Assembly: GCA_038321985.1 (NCBI GenBank)
Contig: JBBQFN010000001.1
Location: 160,001 to 224,000 of the forward strand
Length of the DNA: 64,000 bases
From: Cyanophyceae cyanobacterium
GTDB taxonomy: Bacteria > Cyanobacteriota > Cyanobacteriia > Cyanobacteriales > Laspinemataceae
Direction of reading: 5' to 3'
Shown: piece after piece, positions 61,533 to 64,000 of the stretch
How the letters are laid out: each line of letters begins with the position of its first letter
Position numbering within the stretch: position 1 is the stretch's first letter
Made by a program: the position numbers and the translations under genes
The notes under the pieces: generated by a model
The model's input: the letters and a program-made list of their open reading frames with translations, nothing else
Told to the model about the DNA's origin: nothing
The model's database searches: none

Positions 61533-62267
61533 TTAGATATATTCTTTTTCTTCTTCCGTGACGAGGGCCTGCCGTTTGACCTCAGTTCTCAGTTCCCGCA
61601 GCTTGCGATCGCTCGATGGGGGTAGGGGCAAGGGTCCCGTCACAGGAGGGCTAACAATCCCGCCGGATACGATGACTTTAAAGGCATCTTCTACGGACAT
61701 GGAGAGGTTGACCACTTCTTCTTCGGAAACGACAGCATACCACCCGCTGGTCGGATTAGGAGTTGTGGGAATAAAAATGCTGACCATTCCCCCGGATAAT
61801 TGGGATTGGATTTCCGTTGCTACGCCACCTGTCACGAAGGCGATCGCCCAGATTCCTTTGCGGGGATACTCAACTAAAATGACCCGTCGAAATTTCCCAT
61901 TGGAATCTTTGAGGACTGTTTCTAAAATTTGCTTGAGGGTTTTATAAACCGAACCGGCAAGGGGAATCGCTTGGAGCACTCGTTCCCCAAAATCGAGCAA
62001 CCATCGTCCGGCGATGTTGCGTGCCATCAACCCGATCAGCAGAATACTCAGGAGGGGAACCGCCAACCCTACTCCTAAGTTGATTAGGACGACTAAAATC
62101 GGGTGGAGATTATCAAAAGGATTAAGCTGTTTGGGAATACTGGTGAGAAAATCGATCACCCAGCGGGCAACGGTAAGGGTCAACCAGATGGTAGTAGCCA
62201 GAGGAATGATTACCAATAGTCCGGCAATCAGGTCATTTTTTAAGTCTTGTTTAAGGCGTTGGATCAC
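61533..62267 (-). CDS. DUF502 membrane protein
   Basis: AGLLVIIPL..T, VEYPRKG and PTTPNPTSG. Upstream of nusB. Confidence 0.92.
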   Translation of the reverse strand: MIQRLKQDLKNDLIAGLLVIIPLATTIWLTLTVARWVIDFLTSIPKQLNPFDNLHPILVVLINLGVGLAVPLLSILLIGLMARNIAGRWLLDFGERVLQAIPLAGSVYKTLKQILETVLKDSNGKFRRVILVEYPRKGIWAIAFVTGGVATEIQSQLSGGMVSIFIPTTPNPTSGWYAVVSEEEVVNLSMSVEDAFKVIVSGGIVSPPVTGPLPLPPSSDRKLRELRTEVKRQALVTEEEKEYI

Positions 62268-62520
62268 AGCTTACCCACTCTCCTTTTGTTCGGAAACATC
62301 ACGCGATCGCCACTTTTTATTGTTTCATTTTCAACAAACGGTATCATTTTCGGTATCCCAAAAACCATTTGAGTCTGGTCAAAATTCCCTCCCCTCTAAC
62401 ATTCCCTAGCTCATCAGCGACGGTGAGGGACTTAAATGACTTTTTATCCCCCGAGTCACCTTGAGGGAGCCAAGGCTGCATCGTTTTAGGTTTCTTTTCC
62501 AGAAATAGAAATTACATTTC

Positions 62521-62534
62521 GTATCTTCTGATAC
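62521..62534. promoter_or_regulatory. Candidate NtcA site GTA-N8-TAC
   Basis: GTATCTTCTGATAC, abutting a minus-strand TATAGT hexamer (62533-62538). Confidence 0.35.
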
Positions 62535-62845
62535 TATACCCTGTGTTCTTGGCAAAGAAAGTGTCCCGTTCTACTTAGCTGCTTCTCTACTAAATTGTAA
62601 AGAATTATTGCCAACTGACGCAGGTCTCGATTGAAAAAACTTTCCCGCTTCCCGCAGACCCTCGCCCTCTTCTCAATTGGCGATACACACTGTCGCGATC
62701 GGGGCAAAATTTCCGTTTAACAACCCAAACCCACCGCCTAAGGGCTGTAGTTACAAGAAGAACCCTGTGCAGGCGCGGGCTAAAGAGAAATAAGAGGGCT
62801 TTTGCATCTTGTTCGCTCTTGTCCTAGCCTAGCCCGATATAAAGC

Positions 62846-62878
62846 AAGTAAGCATAACTACGCTAGTTATGCTTACTT
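62846..62878. repeat. Palindrome AAGTAAGCATAACTA-CGC-TAGTTATGCTTACTT
   Basis: Perfect 15-bp arms downstream of the GT2 gene. Either a terminator or a dispersed repeat. Confidence 0.6.
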
Positions 62879-63010
62879 ATTCTCCCCACTCTCCAAAAAT
62901 GATGGACGCGAATAACTGGGGGAAGGGCTATAAAAAACCTCTACGGGTAAGATTTAAACCCCCGCAGGTTGTGGGAACGGTTACTCCTAACTTTCCCAAT
63001 ATCTTAGGGA

Positions 63011-63883
63011 TTAAGGGGGATTGGGTGTGGTGGGATTGCTCGTAGGTTTCGGGTCTAACTGAGGTGTGGGGAGATTTTGGAGTTCCCACACTTTTAGCAA
63101 GATCAGATATTCATAAAATGCCTGTAAACTACACCAAGCAAACCCGGCCCCTCCATCCAGGATGCCCCCGAGCATAAAGTACATATAAATAAAGCGCAAC
63201 AGGGGGCGAAAGGGCAAGCGCAAGGATAAATCTTTGAGTGCCCTGCGTTTTTCCACTTCCGATCGCCCAAATAGGAGATTATTCCAGGAGACTTCTCCTT
63301 TTTGGAGTTGGCGTAGGGTTTCGTTAGCTTCATCACTGGAGTAGCGGTTATGCTTATCAATCCAGCGACTCAATCCCTTGCTACAGGTGTAGTGGGGATA
63401 GCTTTGCTTAAGAAACCCGGTGGGACCATCACAAACTTCACGTTCGGTATGTCCGTAATCACTGAACCATACTTTGTCCTTGCGGAATAAGCGCAGTTGA
63501 TAGCGGGGATACTGGGTGCTAAACCGAATCCATCGGTTCATAAACATGACGCGCTCAGCGACATAATAGCCGATCACTTCATCCTCAGTGGCGATCGCCT
63601 CCAGGCATTCCTGAAACAATTCGGGAGTCATGCGCTCATCCGCTTCCAGGATGTAAACCCATTCATGCTGGGTGGGAAGTTCTTGCAGCATCCAAGTCCG
63701 TTGTTTGCCATGACTTTCAAAGGGATGCTGGACTACCCGGACTGGATACTGACTCGCAATCTCCACAGTGCGATCGCTTGACATCGAGTCTACGACGATA
63801 ATTTCATCACTCATCTGGGCGGACTCGATGCAGGCAGCAATATCAATTTCTTCGTTATGGGTCAGGATATAAATCGAGAACAT
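63011..63883 (-). CDS. Glycosyltransferase family 2
   Basis: SIYILTHNEE, VVDSMSSDRT and LEADE. Confidence 0.9.
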   Translation of the reverse strand: MFSIYILTHNEEIDIAACIESAQMSDEIIVVDSMSSDRTVEIASQYPVRVVQHPFESHGKQRTWMLQELPTQHEWVYILEADERMTPELFQECLEAIATEDEVIGYYVAERVMFMNRWIRFSTQYPRYQLRLFRKDKVWFSDYGHTEREVCDGPTGFLKQSYPHYTCSKGLSRWIDKHNRYSSDEANETLRQLQKGEVSWNNLLFGRSEVEKRRALKDLSLRLPFRPLLRFIYMYFMLGGILDGGAGFAWCSLQAFYEYLILLKVWELQNLPTPQLDPKPTSNPTTPNPP

Positions 63884-64000
63884 GGGGGGCAATTGCCAAT
63901 AATCGGCTTAAATGTGAATAGTTATTGCGATTGGCGATCCGAGTTCGTCTGCTGAACCTGGAGAAAGCGAGTTCATCGGACCACACCACCCTAATGTTAA

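Larger units (their letters stand above)
1..64000. repeat. HIP1 octamer GCGATCGC dispersed throughout
   Basis: Dozens of GCGATCGC/GGCGATCGCC copies in coding and non-coding DNA, a cyanobacterial hallmark. Confidence 0.95.

Overview
Chromosomal window from a filamentous cyanobacterium. Evidence: dense HIP1 GCGATCGC sites and ntcA, psbH/psbN, petF, bvdR. The intergenic repeat families suggest Oscillatoriales, but that is inference. Most of it is conserved core: gcvH-gcvP, hisB-fabI-ntcA-DUF3084-yqgF-DUF3146-pth-tatA-psbH/psbN, and argH-PP2C-ftsY-nusB-DUF502. Accessory loci are interspersed: (1) a type I hsdM-hsdS pair with no adjacent hsdR, bridged by a doubly overlapping 35-codon mini-ORF; (2) a sulfiredoxin-Dps pair behind a perfect 8-5-8 palindrome; (3) a ~1750-aa very acidic repeat protein without a signal peptide, carrying a basic silaffin-like (K)SGS insert, downstream of a 1.6-kb non-coding region; (4) a qNor nitric oxide reductase where gcvT often sits; (5) a filamentous-haemagglutinin-like exoprotein beside GT2, SDR and GT41 genes. 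I saw no tRNA, rRNA, CRISPR array or transposase. All calls come from motif recognition by eye; no database searches were run.
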